Assembly (NCBI GenBank): GCA_002269645.1
Contig: NIVC01002230.1
Location: 1 to 64,000, forward strand
DNA: 64,000 nucleotides
Direction: 5' to 3'
From: Macrostomum lignano
Taxonomy: Eukaryota
Positions 1 through 17,189 of the stretch are shown one piece after another (position 1 is the first letter of the stretch; every line of letters begins with the position of its first letter). Position numbers and translations under genes: made by a program. The notes beneath the pieces were generated by a model. The model saw only the letters and a list, made by a program, of their open reading frames with translations, was not told the DNA's origin and did not search any database.

Positions 1-1
1 G

Positions 2-3000
2 GCACTTCAATCCTGTGCGACAAGCTGCCAGTCATTGTCTGCCTGTCAGTGTTTCCGCAGCCTGGCCAGCCTGAATCTGGCCAACACGGAGCTCGACTGC
101 AAATGCCTCGAAGTGATCTGTAACGATCTGCGCCACCTGGTTCACCTGGACATCTCCAAGACTGACGTTGTAGATATATGGCCACTGAGGCGAATGCGGC
201 ACAGGCTGAAGTATTTGCACCTGTACGGCGTCAAGCCCAAGCAGGCTAGCCGGTTTCTTACTGTGCTGTCCGAGCTGGAGAATCTGGTGCTGCTCGACAT
301 CAGTGACGACACCAGTTTGGCCAGGTGTGTCCTTGTGACCTTCTTTGTCATCTTTGTGTCTTGATTGCTTTAGCTAGGTCAGCGGAGCAGCTCAGCGGTG
401 GGCCACGATTTTTGGTTCGATTCAATCTCTGCCAATGAGGGCCAACGCCAACCCCCAAGGCACAGAGAATGTACATGCCTGAGGATTAGAAAGTCATGGG
501 CTCTGTACACCCTGTGTGAGCGTGTGTACGAGTGCGTGCCTGCGAACAGCATTGGCCCTTGCTCTTGCATGTGCTCAGGAGCCAGCGGAATGGAGCCAGC
601 CAATGTGCCCGCCGCGGTGAATCTAGAGCAGAGGTGGGCAAAGGAGAGGAGAGGGAATAAAGGGAAAGAGAGGAGTAGATAAGGGAGAAAATAGGAGAGA
701 GAGGTGAGGAAAGAGAAGAAAGAAGAGATTAGAAAGAAGAGAGCTAAGAAGAGACGCCAATCTTGAGCGGGCGGGATTGCTTGAGGAAGTTTCAAAGCAC
801 CGAGGGCCGGATAGAGAGGCTTTGCGTGTGGCCCACGGGCAAAAGTTTGCCTGAACCAGGCGGTTGATGTACTTTAGCTGGGCTCCATGTACTGCATGCA
901 TCCGAGATCTGGAATACTAAAAAGTGCACGCGCTCCCGCCGCAGATTCGGTAAGCCGCAGGGCAACAGCAGGTTCGGGAACTGTTCAGCTCGCCGAACTT
1001 CCTGCCCCGCCTGGAGCACCTGGACGTGTCGGCAACAAGCTCAAGCTGGACGTCGGCCTCCTACGCCAGTTCGTGCTGGCCCGGCCGAGCCTGAAGTTCC
1101 TGGGCTTCGCCATGGTGGACGAACAGCTGAGCGGCGAGCCGGAGCTGCCAGTTGAAATCGCCGGCTTCGACACCGAGGATCAGCTGATCAGGTGCCTGCA
1201 CAGGTACAGGGACAGGGAGAACTACATGCAGCAGACCCTGTGCGCGGTGTTCCTGCACACCAATCACATGTTCAATCTGCGCGAGCGGCTGCTCAGAGCA
1301 ACGTTTCCGGTGCTTCGGAATACTCTCACAGGATGCAGCTGCAGCTTGCTGGCACCGCCGTGCTGTACAATCTGACCCGCTACCAGCTCAGCTTCAAGCT
1401 CTGCCCTGCAGTGCGCAACACAGTGGTTGATCTTGTGCTCAACGCTATGGGCAATTTTCCCAAGCAGCAACAGTTGCAGAAGAATGCCTTGCTCACCCTG
1501 TGCAACGATTGCTTCTTGCATCAGGCCGAGTTCGATCGGCTGTGGTGCCTGTCGCTCGTGTGCGACGGTCTTGTGCAGTTCAGCGACCAGCACATGGTGC
1601 GCATGCTGGTGGCCATCGTGAGCATCGTGTCAGCCAAGGTCAGCAGTCGCGACCTGGCCCTGCTCGGCTCTCAGGAGCGCCTGTTCGCCCGCCTGGTCGC
1701 GCGCTGGTCCAGGACCGGCGCCGGCTGCTGCGGTCGCAGCTGGCCGACCTGCCCAAGCCGCCGGGCCGTCCGATTTGGATCCCACGCTGAAGTTTGCGCT
1801 CAGCGCCCTGTGGAACCTCACAGACGAGTGCGAGCCCAGCTGTCGGCTGTTTGTGGAGGCCGGCGGCCTGGAGGCCTATCTCAAGCTGTTCCAACTGCTA
1901 GACTGCTCAGCCGGCGCCGAGGCCAGGCAGTGCATTCTGCCTAAGTGCCTGGGCCTGCTCAACAATATTGCCGAGATGCCAGCCACTAGGAAGTCGCTGC
2001 TAGTTGCGGATATCATCTCGGTAAGGAGGCTTTAAACTATTAATCTCACATCTTATCTCACGTTTGCCGTCTGTTAATCATTTTTTCCATCTCCTAATTC
2101 TCATAGGGATAATTCCATGTCCCTAATCCATATCACTAATCCCATGTCCATCCCAGATCCCTAATCTCATGTCCTTCATCCCAGATCCCCAATCTCATGT
2201 CCTTCATCCCAGATCCCTAATCTCATGTCCTTCATCCCAGATCACTAATCTCATGTCCTTCATCCCAGATCCCTAATCTCATGTCCTTCATCACAGATCC
2301 CTAATCTCATGTCCTTCATCCCAGATCCCCAATCTCATGTCCTTCATCCCAGATCCCTAATCCCATCTTCTAATTCTTATCTCCTCACCGCTTACTCTTC
2401 ATAATCTATGCTGTCAGTGTAAAGCTGTACTAACTCATCCCGCCACCGCACCCCCCAACTCGCAGATGCTGAGCCAGCTGCTCACGATTCCAGTCTGAGC
2501 GTCGCCTACTTCGCCGCTGGCGTCCTCGCCAACCTGAGCCTCCTGCCAGATCGGGTCTGGCTCGAGCGGCTCAGCGAACGGCCGCGCCGCCGCCTGCTGC
2601 CAGCCGTTGGCGACGCCGTGCTGTCCTGGTCGGCGCCCGACGCCGAGATGGTGGCATACAGGTCGTTCCGGCCGTTCGTTCGCCTGCTGGAGCCGCGCCG
2701 GCACCCCAGCGCCCAGCTGTGGTCGCTGTGGGCCATCAGGCAGGTGTGCTGCAGGAACCGGCAAACTTACCTGCCGCTCCTTTCGCCCAAACTGTTGCGC
2801 AACATCCGCGCGCTGCTGCCGCCCGACGCCGTGCTGCCGCCGGCTGCTCCGCATTCGACGATCCGCTCGAGCAGCAGCCGGCCGACGCCGACGAAGCAGC
2901 TGCACCGCTGACGCGCCGACGCCGACGACGTCGACGAAGTCGACGAAGAGCCGTCGGCTGTGCCGAGTCGCAGCAAAATAAACTCGGCGACGCGATCGGC

Positions 3001-3579
3001 GCCCTCGCCGCCGAGATTCTCGCCCTGCTGGCTGCTGCGGGGGCGGGCACGGCGAGGCCGTTGCTGCCGCCAATGCGTCGGCGCCCAGCGGCGAGTCGCG
3101 CGGCGGCAGCAGCGACGACGAGGAGGACGAAAGTGAAGCTGAAGGGGATGCCGATGAAGATAGCGACGGAGTCGGCGGCGAAGGCGAATCGGCAAATGGT
3201 GGCGACGGCGCCTGCGGCGGCGGCGGTGGTAGCGGCAGCGGCAGCAACGGTGGCGGCGAAGCGTCAAACGGAGACGCCGCCAGGGATGACGAGCAGCTTC
3301 TCGGTGCGTGGCGGTGGCGGCGGCGGTGGCAGCGGAGGCGTCAACCGCTCTGAAGGCGGCAGCGGCGAATCCTCTGTGCTGCAGTCGTCGAGGACTTCCT
3401 GCAGGACCGCTGGCGGCCCGGTCGGCCACTCCCTGCACAGGTCGTCCAGCGGCGGCGGAGTCGGCGAGCGCCAGGGTCACCCGACTGGCGGCCTGCCGGC
3501 AACTAGCGGCCGGCCCGCCCCGCTCCCTCACCCCACACCGGCAGACTGGCGTCTTCACTTGTCCGCTTCGCCTCGCTAA
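2..3579 (+). CDS. ZYG11: ZYG11-family CRL2 substrate receptor (LRR + ARM-like), 5'-partial, with several apparent -1 frameshifts; exons ~<2-324, 945-2020, 2466-~3579
   Basis: LRR motifs (LASLNLANT, LVHLDISKT, LEHLDVSGNKL). ZYG11-type motifs: QLAGTAVLYNLT, LQKNALLTLC, TLKFALSALWNLTDE, LGLLNNIAE, VAYFAAGVLANL, EMVAYRSFRPF, QLWSLWAIRQVC. GT donors at 325 and 2021, AG acceptors at 943-944 and 2464-2465. The homology runs through successive frames (breaks near 962, 1030, 1320, 1700, 1766, 2484). The C-terminal end is low-complexity and uncertain. Confidence 0.85.
2136..2362. repeat. 28-nt minisatellite in ZYG11 intron
   Basis: Tandem CTAATCTCATGTCCTTCATCCCAGATCC units. Confidence 0.9.
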
Positions 3580-3867
3580 TGAATTTTCATCAGAGCAGCG
3601 GTTTCGGGTCCCCTCGACTGCGCACTTCCTTCAGCTGGACGGGTGCGGTGCGAATTTTTATATTGCTTTGACAGTTTCATTTTCATGTCATATTTATCCC
3701 CAGCCGCTTTTGTGAGGTCGAGCTCTGTCTGTTTTGTTGGCCAATTCGCTTCAAATTGATCTTTTCGGCTTGCCGACTGACAGATTTTATGACCGATTTG
3801 TTCCTTTTCTAAGCAGTAAACGGCTTGGCTGGACTGATTCGCAATCCCAAAGTCTCCTAATCCCCTA

Positions 3868-4758
3868 ACTGGAAATCCCATTAGCCTGAACTGGAAATCC
3901 CCTCAGCTCAAACTGGAAATCCCCTTAGCTCAAACTGGTAATCCCTTTAGCCCAAACTGGAAATCCCCTTAGCTCAAACTGGTAATCCCCTTAGCCCAAA
4001 CTGGAAATCCCCTTGGCCCAAACTGGAAATCCCTTGGCCCAAACTGGAAATCCCTTGCCCAAACTGGAAATCCCCTTGGCCCAAACTGGAAATCCCCTTG
4101 GCCCAAACTGGAAATCCCCTTGGCCCAAACTGGAAATCCCCTTGGCCCAAACTGGAAATCCCCTTGGCCCAAACTGGAAATCCCTTGCCCAAACAGGAAA
4201 TCCCCTTGGCCCAAACAGGAAATCCCTTTAGCTCAAACTTGAAATCCCTTTAGCCCAAAACTGGAAATCCCCTTAGCCCAAACTGGAAATTCTCTTAAGC
4301 TCAAACTGGAAATCCCCTTAGCTCAAACTGGTAATCCCCTTAGCCCAAACTGGAAATCCCCTTGGCCCAAACTTGGGAAATCCCCTTTGCCCAAACTGGA
4401 AATCCCCTTAGCCCAAACTGGAAATCCCCTTAGCCCAAACTGGAAATTACCTTAGCCCAAACAGGAAATCCCCTTCGCCCAAACTGGAAATCCCCTTAGC
4501 CCAAACTGGAAATTACCTTAGCCCAAACTGGAAATTCTCTTAAGCTCAAACTGGAAATCCCCTTAGCCCAAACTGGAAATCCCCTTAGCCCAAACTGGAA
4601 ATCCCCTTAGCCCAAACTGGAAATCCCCTTCGCCCAAACTGGAAATCCCCTTAGCCCAAACTGGAAATTACCTTAGCCCAAACTGGAAATCCCCTTAGCC
4701 CAAAACTGGAAATCCCCTTAGCCCAAACTGGAAATCCCCTTAGCCCAAACCGGAAATC
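3868..4758. repeat. ~22-nt minisatellite
   Basis: Tandem CTTAGCCCAAACTGGAAATCCC units with 21-23 nt variants. Confidence 0.95.
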
Positions 4759-5597
4759 CATTTAAGCATCAAACTTACAATCTGAATATGAAACGCCGTG
4801 CACTGCTTGGTAGCAAGAATTTTCCTCTCTTCCTCTCTCTGCGTGTTCGTGACTGCAAATTGTCTACTTTGAAAAACATTTTTATCAAAGAATGCATGGA
4901 TCTTTTAATACACAACTTACTCGTGCTCTGTTTGCTACTCGTTGCTTTTTTTCAATTTCAGTTCGAATCTTAAACTCCGAACTTCATTGACTTCTCATAT
5001 ACAATATCTTTGCTTGCTGCGCCCGCGCTACGCCGTTTCTTTTGCGTCTATAGACTACTTGCAGTAGCTGAGTAGTCTAGTGAGAGTAACGGGCTGTGCG
5101 CTTATTTATATTTTTTTGCGTTTTAAAATTTCTGTCGGGATGTGGGATGTGGGATCTCATGTCCGGCTTCTCCTGCCTGCTCTGATTGCACTAACTGTGC
5201 AACACTAGAATTTCTATTCGTGCATGCATATATCTCTAATAACAGAAGTTTATTTTTGAAATGCCTTTTTTCTGTTTTTCGTGTCCCAAATTTGCCGTTT
5301 ACTTGTATATTTTTATTGCCAGTGCTGCTACTACTCGCGGTACTACGAGTAGTCTGTGCGGCAGCGAGTTTTTTATTGATAATAATTCTACTGATAATAA
5401 ATTTGTTCCCGCCGCGTGCTGTCCGCTTCTGCGATAATTCGCCTAGCAAATATAATTAATAATAATTACTTGATTATAAATGAACGACTTTATCTATACG
5501 AAAAAACGGCTTCAAATGAGTGTCGCTTGGTTGAGTTTTATGTGATTTATTTCGTTTCCTTTATTATTTAGATGATCATCTCACGTTAATAAGAAAT

Positions 5598-6222
5598 TGT
5601 ACCTGCTGAGCTGTGATTGGCCAGCTGCCTGCTTATCTTTGGCTAAGGGTAGGGCGGGGCTGGCTGTACTCTGCTGAGCTGTGATTGGCCATCTGCCTGC
5701 TTATCTCTGGCTAAGGGTAGGGCGGGGCTGGCTGTACTCTGCTGGGTTGTGATTGGCCAGCTGCCTGCTTATCTTTGGCTAAGGGTAGGACGGGGCTAGC
5801 TGTACTCTGCTGGGCTGTGATTGGCCAGCTGCCTGCTTATCTTTGGGGTAGGGCGGGGCTGGCTGTACTCTGCTGGGTTGTGATTGGCCAGCTGCCTGCT
5901 TATCTTTGGCTAAGGGTAAGGGCGGGGCTGGCTGTACCCTGCTGAGCTGTGATTGGCCAGCTGCCTGCTTATCTCTGGCTAAGGGTAGGGTGGGGCTAGC
6001 TGTACTCTGCTGAGCTGTGATTGGCCATCTGCCTGCTTATCTCTGGCTAAGGGTAGGGCGGGGCTGGCTGTACTCTGCTGGGTTGTGATTGGCCAGCTGC
6101 CTGCTTATCTCTGGCTAAGGGTAGGGCGGGGCTGACTGTACCCTGCTGAGCTGTGATTGGCCAGCTGTCTGCTTATCTCTGGTTAAGGGTAGGGCGGAGC
6201 TGCTTGTACTCCGCTGGGTTGT
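5598..6222. repeat. 68-nt tandem repeat (~9 copies)
   Basis: Unit CTGCTGAGCTGTGATTGGCCAGCTGCCTGCTTATCTTTGGCTAAGGGTAGGGCGGGGCTGGCTGTACT; consecutive copies start at 5603 and 5671. Confidence 0.95.
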
Positions 6223-6871
6223 GCAAGGACCCAGTCGTGTCCACTCTGCTGATCACTGAGCACGCACACGCTCCGACAGGGTGTACACCAGCCTGGACTT
6301 TCTAATCGTCAGGCATACACATCGGGGCTGTGAATCGCTGGACAACCCCCCCCCCCCCTCGGCCAAATAAAGGTGGCCGGCAACAGACCAAGGAGGTCGT
6401 GGCGCTTACTACTAAGCCTTTCTGAAAAAGATATATGATAAATATGGCCGTCAAGTTCACGTCTCAGCCGAAGTCAAATTCTTGGACTCATTGAAATTCT
6501 GGAGCGATCGGGTTTCTTTAGAATTTATTCAATTTCAATTTACAGACAAAATAATTTGGAAGCAGCGACTCCCAGAAGACTTGGGGAGGGGGGTTGTTGC
6601 TTTTTAAAGAAATTCTAGCCTTGCAGTGAGACTGAGAAACCTGTTGGTTGCTGCAACACTTGGTCGTTCAAAAAGGTGGCCCACTTCTCTTTTAATTAAA
6701 AAAGTTCTAAATTTTAAGCTCGATTTTAGCCAGCCTCTTGGGGGATATCATTTTAGTTAACCTGAGAATTTTTTATACGGATTAGGCGCACTTTTAGATG
6801 GATATTGGACTGTATATTAAACTGGAATATATCTAATATTTGATCCGCTAGGCCACATCTAGAAAATCCGC

Positions 6872-8345
6872 TAGATCAGGACTAGATGATCTGGTAGATC
6901 AAGACTAGATGATCTGGTAGATCAAGACTAGATGATCTGATAGATCAGGACTAGATCATCAGATAGATCAGGACTAGATGATCGGGTAGATCAGGACTAG
7001 ATGATCTGATAGATCAGGACTAGATCATCAGATAGATCAGGACTAGATGATCGGGTAGATCAGGACTAGATGATCTGATAGATCAGGACTAGATCAATCT
7101 GATAGATCAGGAATAGATCATCTGGTAGATCAGGACTAGATGATCTGGTAGATCAAGACTAGATGATCTGATAGATCAGGACTAGATCATCAGATAGATC
7201 AGGACTAGATGATCGGGTAGATCAGGACTAGATGATCTGATAGATCAGGACTAGATCATCAGATAGATCAGGACTAGATGATCGGGTAGATCAGGACTAG
7301 ATGATCTGATGGATCAGGACTAGATGATCAGATAGATCAGGACTAGATGATATGATGGATCAGGACTAGATGATCAGATAGATCAGGACTAGATGATATG
7401 ATGGATCAGGACTAGATATTCTGATAGATCAGGACTAGATGATCTGATAGATCAGGACTAGATGATCTGGTAGATCAGGACTAGATCAATCTGATAGATC
7501 AGGACTAGATATTCTGATAGATAGGACTAGATCATCAGATAGATCAGGACTAGATGATCGGGTAGATCAGGACTAGATGATCTGATAGATCAGGACTAGA
7601 TCATCAGATAGATCAGGACTAGATGATCGGGTAGATCAGGACTAGATGATCTGATAGATCAGGACTAGATCAATCTGATAGATCAGGAATAGATCATCTG
7701 GTAAATCAGGACTAGATGATCTGATGGATCAGGACTAGATGATCTGATGGATCAGGACTAGATATTCTGATAGATCAGGACTAGATCAATCTGATAGATC
7801 AGGAATAGATCATCTGGTAAATCAGGACTAGATGATCTGATGGATCAGGACTAGATGATCTGATGGATCAGGACTAGATGATATGATGGATCAGGACTAG
7901 ATATTCTGATAGATCAGGACTAGATGATCTGATAGATCAGGACTAGATATTCTGATAGATCAGGACTAGATGATCTGATAGATCAGGACTAGATATTCTG
8001 ATAGATCAGGACTAGATGATCAGATAGATCAGGACTAGATGATCTGATGGATCAGGACTAGATGATCTGGTAGATCAGGACTAGATCAATCTGATAGATC
8101 AGGACTAGATATTCTGATAGATAGGACTAGATGATCAGATAGATCAGGACTAGATGATCTGATGGATCAGGACTAGATGATCTGGTAGATCAGGACTAGA
8201 TCAATCTGATAGATCAGGACTAGATCATCTGGTAAGTTCAGGACCAGATCAATCTAATAGATCAGGAATAGATCATCCGATGGAAAGGACAAGATCAATC
8301 TGATAGATCAGGACTAGATGATCGGATAGATGATCTGGTGGATCA
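6872..8345. repeat. 23-nt GATC-rich quasi-palindromic minisatellite
   Basis: Tandem TAGATCAGGACTAGATGATCTGA and variants. Confidence 0.95.
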
Positions 8346-8789
8346 GGAGATTTAAAATATACCGCCAAGTGCGCTGTGCCCACCCTGACCTGTCTTTATT
8401 CATTACTTTATAACAAAATGCTTGCACTTTTTGCTTCGCCAAGTTTTTAAGGCTCGGCAAGCTGAGACAATTTCTGATTCGCGTTGAAGCAGAGGCTCAG
8501 TCAGTAAAAACATTGGCTAACACTGTTACCATGCGGAACCTCGGGACGATTCCCAACTACATGCATGCACGGGGGAGAATGTTTCAGCTGGTAGAGACTG
8601 GGGCGCCTTCATCAGCGCGTTCAGCATGGCAGCCCCCAGCACTCAAACTGATTTGCGCCTCGGGCTGTTGACAATCAGAGAATCAGGCGGCGAAAGCGTG
8701 GATGGGGGAGCTGCCTGTGCCTTTCTCTTTGCTGTTGAAGGCTTGTCAGCTTATGACTTGTAAGGATCTGTTTACGTAGCTGAGATATC

Positions 8790-9960
8790 CTCCATCCTTC
8801 GGTGGGTCACCGCTTCTCCTCTCTATCCTTCGGTGGGTCAACGCTTACCTCTCTATACTTCGTCTATCCTTCGGTGGGTCACCGTTGCCCTCTCAATCCT
8901 TCGGTGGGTCACCGCTTCCCCTCTCTATCCTTCGGTGGGTCACCGCTTCTACTCTCAATCCTTCGGTGGGTCACCGCTTCCCCTCTCTATCCTTCGGTGG
9001 GTCACCGCTTCTACTCTCTATCCTTCGGTGGGTCACCGCTTCTGCTCTCTATCCTTCGTTGGGTCACTGTTGCCCTCTCTGTCCTTCGTTGGGTCACTGT
9101 TGCCCTCTCTGTCCTTCGGTGGGTCACCGCTGCCCTCTCTGTCCTTCGGTGGGTCACCGTTGCCCTCTCTATCCTTCGGTGGGTCACCGCTTCCCCTCTC
9201 TATCCTTCGGTGGGTCACCGCTTCCCCTCTTTATCCTTCGGTGGGTCACCGTTGCCCTCTCTATCCTTCGGTGGGTCACCGCTTCCCCTCTCTATCCTTC
9301 GGTGGGTCACCGCTTCCCCTCTCTATCCTTCGGTGGGTCACCGCTTCCCCTCTCTATCCTTCGGTGGGTCACCGCTTCCCCTCTCTATCCTTCGGTGGGT
9401 CACCGCTTCTACTCTCTATCCTTCGGTGGGTCACCGCTTCCCCTCTCTATCCTTCGGTGGGTCACCGCTTCCCCTCTCTATCCTTCGGTGGGTCACCGCT
9501 TCCCCTCTTTATCCTTCGGTGGGTCACCGTTGCCCTCTCTATCCTTCGGTGGGTCACCGCTTCCCCTCTCTATCCTTCGGTGGGTCACCGCTTCCCCTTT
9601 CTATCCTTCGGTGGGTCACCGTTGCCCTCTCTATCCTTCGGTGGGTCACCGCTTCCCCTCTCTATCCTTCGGTGGGTCACCGCTTCCCCTCTCTATCCTT
9701 CGGTGGGTCACCGCTTCCCCTCTCTATCCTTCGGTGGGTCACCGCTTCCCCTCTCTATCCTTCGGTGGGTCACCGCTTCCCCTCTCTATCCTTCGGTGGG
9801 TCACCGCTTCCCCTCTCTATCCTTCGGTGGGTCACCGCTTCCCCTCTCTATCCTTCAGTGGGTCACCGTTGCCCTCTCTATCCTTCAGTGGGTCACCGCT
9901 TCCCCTCTCTATCCTTCAGTGGGTCACCGTTGCCCTCTCTGTCCTTCACTTCAGTGGGTC
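8790..9960. repeat. 31-nt minisatellite
   Basis: Tandem TATCCTTCGGTGGGTCACCGCTTCCCCTCTC; explains the three long plus-strand pseudo-ORFs at 8802-10032. Confidence 0.95.
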
Positions 9961-10294
9961 ACTAAAAGATTTTGCAAACTAACTCTCTGTGAGACTAGCG
10001 ATGAAGTAGAAATAAACAAAACAATTTCATAACAGCGTTCAACACAGTTGACTGCCTGCCAATTCGACTTGAATAAAAATAATGACTGCTATGCGAGCAT
10101 TTGGCATATAACTCCGATGAACCGCATGCATAAGAAAGGAAGAAAACTTAATTATTTATCAGGCAATTTGATAACGAGTAAAAGCCAGAGCTCTGAGCAT
10201 TTACTAAATCCTTTTTCCATACGGCCTCCTGGCTAAATGTACTTTACCACAAAGCAGTTGAAAACTTCTCCTCGGGTGCTTGGAAGCCAGCTCA

Positions 10295-14287
<3,993 letters not shown>

Positions 14288-16803
14288 TTCGACCCTCTGT
14301 CTGTGAACTGCTGTAGGAACTCTGCTGCTATCGGAACTGAGAGTTTCAATTTTTGTCTAGGCTTTGGTGACTGTTTAAATCCGGTTGAACCCCCCCCCCC
14401 CCCCCCCCAGCTCTGATTGGCCACTGCGGAGCAATGGATCCATGGATAGAGATCTACTATTGGCATTCTAATCGTTGGCTGACAACCAATCTATAACTAG
14501 GAAGAGCTGTCAATCACTAGTCGGATGGTTATCGATGCCAGCAAATGTTTAATGAAACATTTTGCCCTCTGATGCGTTATGACAGCCAAGTGCATCAGTT
14601 TATGCCTCTCGCGTTTTCTGTAATTTGCTCAACTCAGTCGTCATACAAAACTGCCGGAAACAATACCCCGTGTTTATGAGTTTGAGTAGGTACATGTACG
14701 ATGTCACAGCCATTAGTGTTTTCTTCTACAGTGTTTGGTGTCTCACAGCCAGAGAGTAGTTATCATACCTTGAGTACATGTAAATGTACTTGTGTGACAA
14801 CCTGAGCATGTAATGTATGGTAGATGCGGCGCAAATCATTGCAACTGGATGCATTTATTTGAAATAATTCTATAATCTGTGTTGGTTTTGGTAATCCAAC
14901 CCTTTACTGCACTAAAATGGCATCATAAATTCAGATACATGTACAATCAGTACGGAGATCAATACGGACAACTTTTTCTCTACATGTAGATTAGCGCGCC
15001 CATAGTCGATCGGCTTCATCTTTTGCCACTGGCAGACTTTTATGACATGTAATAGCGATCACTCTGTATACTTTCCCGGGAAACATGGGTGGCACGCTAT
15101 GTCTACCGTCAGGCTTCTCAAGGGCCGCTATTTAAGAAGCCCTTGCTAATGGGTATCAGCAACAACGGAAAAGCAGCGTCGTCGTACATGTACAAGTACG
15201 TGGAATAGATAATTGGCTTCATGCTGTATATTACCAGTTCCAGAACCAGAACCGGTTTGGAGCTGCTTTTCATATTGCCTCTTGCCTGTTCCCTTTTCAG
15301 AATCGGTTCCAGAAACGTGTTGTAGTTCTAGAATTTGAATCGAAATATTTTGGCAGCTGCTTTTCCGTTGAAACAGTATATAAAAATATAATAATTTGAA
15401 ATCGTCTATTTTTATTATGAATATTATATCAGAGTTTTTGTCATATCCAGGAGGAAATAGAAAGTCAAAGAAAGACAAAATTACACTTGTAGACTGAAAA
15501 TATTTAAAGTAGGTTCGATGCTTTTCCTACCGATCCTGGTTCTGGAATCGCAATTATTCAGGTTATGGAATCAATCTTCGTGAAAAGACTAGAAGTAAAG
15601 TAAGTATAAGTATGAGAATGCAAATCAAGTCTTACACTTTTGAATGCAAGAATGTATTGTGCTACTCGTTCGAACCTGTAATTAAAGACAAATATTGGTA
15701 TTTGGATGGTTTTAAATCTAAATTTTGTTATTTTCGTAAAACCTGCGCTGAATTTCGAAACGAACAAGGTTGTCTGATTAATTTTTTTTGACTGACTGCG
15801 ACGATCCAACTGCGTCTGTGTCTGTATCTTTTATTTGATCCCATCATTCCACTAATTCCACATCGTTATTATTTAATTATTTAAAATTAAAAAACAATTT
15901 TAAAAGAGAGAAATAATTACCCTACCAAGTATATACTGAATTACTACTAATTTTTCCACTTTGATCTGTATTTTGTTTATGCTAGGGCAGCAAGGCCTAT
16001 GCCTATACCTTTTGCGTTCCACGACTACAGTTTTAGGAATGCTAGGCTAGCCGCTAGCTAGTTTGCATTAAAATGCAAAAAACAAAAAAAAATTCCAAAG
16101 GCTTGCATTAGTGAATATATATAATATTGAAGAAGTTAGGCTAGGAGTAGGTGGCTATTATCCTACAGAATAGTTTGTTAAAATCACTATCAATGCACAT
16201 TTTTAGCTGTTGTTTTTTTACTTTCCAAAAATGAATATTTTCATAATGCCAAAATTTTAGAAGCGTTTTGGTGACATTCATATTTGTTAGTTCAAGGGCT
16301 GGGCTGGGTTTTTTTGTGTGCAGTATGCGTATGTACCCTTATTTTTAAAATTGCACCCTGAAATTAAATAATTAGGTGCAGTCTTATAACCATTTTTCTT
16401 TACAGGCTTAACCATGCTTAAGACAATTTTCATGCACTGCCTTAAAATGTGAAACAAAATAAGTTAATAAATTCTTAACTCCTATTAATCATATAGCCTA
16501 TGGCTATCTATAGCCTTATGTAAGATATTAAAATATATGAAAAATCATGTAAAAATCATATGATGAAATTAAATTTGGCCTTTTTAATCAATGATGATAA
16601 TTTATCTAGTATGAACTTCAACTTTTTTATTTTGACATCCTTATTCTTGACTCTTCACTCTTGAAATAGTCATTTGCTTATTTTGTCAAACATGTAAATG
16701 TCCATAGGATTTAAAATTAAAATTTAAATAATTATTCTAGGTTAGGAATTTGATTCCTTATTGAAAGAAGTCCAAATGAATTAGAAAAGAACTTAATTTG
16801 TTA

Positions 16804-17189
16804 TAGAGGTCGGACGGGATTGAAATCTTCGGGCGGGATCGGGATCGGGAATAATTTTTTTCTCGGGATCGGGATCGGGAATTGGGATCAGGTCTTTTAG
16901 TGTATTGTCCATGTAAAGTTAAACAAAATTGAGAAAAGATTGTCAAGATCAAGAAGTAAAACACAACGAAATTGATATGAAGTTTTGTAACCAACAAAGT
17001 AAATAATATAACGAGTACAAGTTGAAGCAAAATACCTTTAAGTAATCACTAATTCTATAAATTATTAATCGAAAGACCTGTTCCCGAATCTCGACTTTTT
17101 TAGGGTCGGGATTCTGGTCCTGCGGGAATTCAATTTTCCTCGGGATCCCGAGATTTCGGGATCGGGATCGGGATCCCGTCCGACCTCTA
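16804..17189. mobile_element. hAT-type MITE (386 bp)
   Basis: Perfect 17-bp TIR TAGAGGTCGGACGGGAT (16804-16820 / 17173-17189); perfect 8-bp TSD ATTTGTTA (16796-16803 / 17190-17197); subterminal CGGGAT repeats. Confidence 0.92.

Noticed and set aside
2435-3558. Long minus-strand ORFs antisense to the ZYG11 3' exon
   Set aside because: Shadow ORFs of GC-rich, low-complexity coding sequence
4998-5575. Possible non-autonomous Helitron/Helentron-like element (GC-rich motif at ~5016-5040, 9-bp hairpin TAGACTACT/AGTAGTCTA at 5051-5079 ending in CTAG)
   Set aside because: The termini cannot be fixed from one copy and the resemblance is only impressionistic. It needs a genome-wide copy search.
6277-8387. 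Possible TIR pair CAGGGTGTACAC (6277) / GTGCCCACCCTG (8376-8387) around the GATC array
   Set aside because: Only 10/12 identity, and the flanks (TCCGA vs ACCTG) give no TSD
8521-8763. GC-richer ~80-codon open frame ending near a GTAAGG donor-like site
   Set aside because: No recognisable motif, no convincing acceptor or start codon, and no partner exons
8802-10032. Three overlapping 365-399-aa plus-strand ORFs
   Set aside because: They are translations of a stop-free 31-nt tandem repeat in all three frames, with no domain content or splice context
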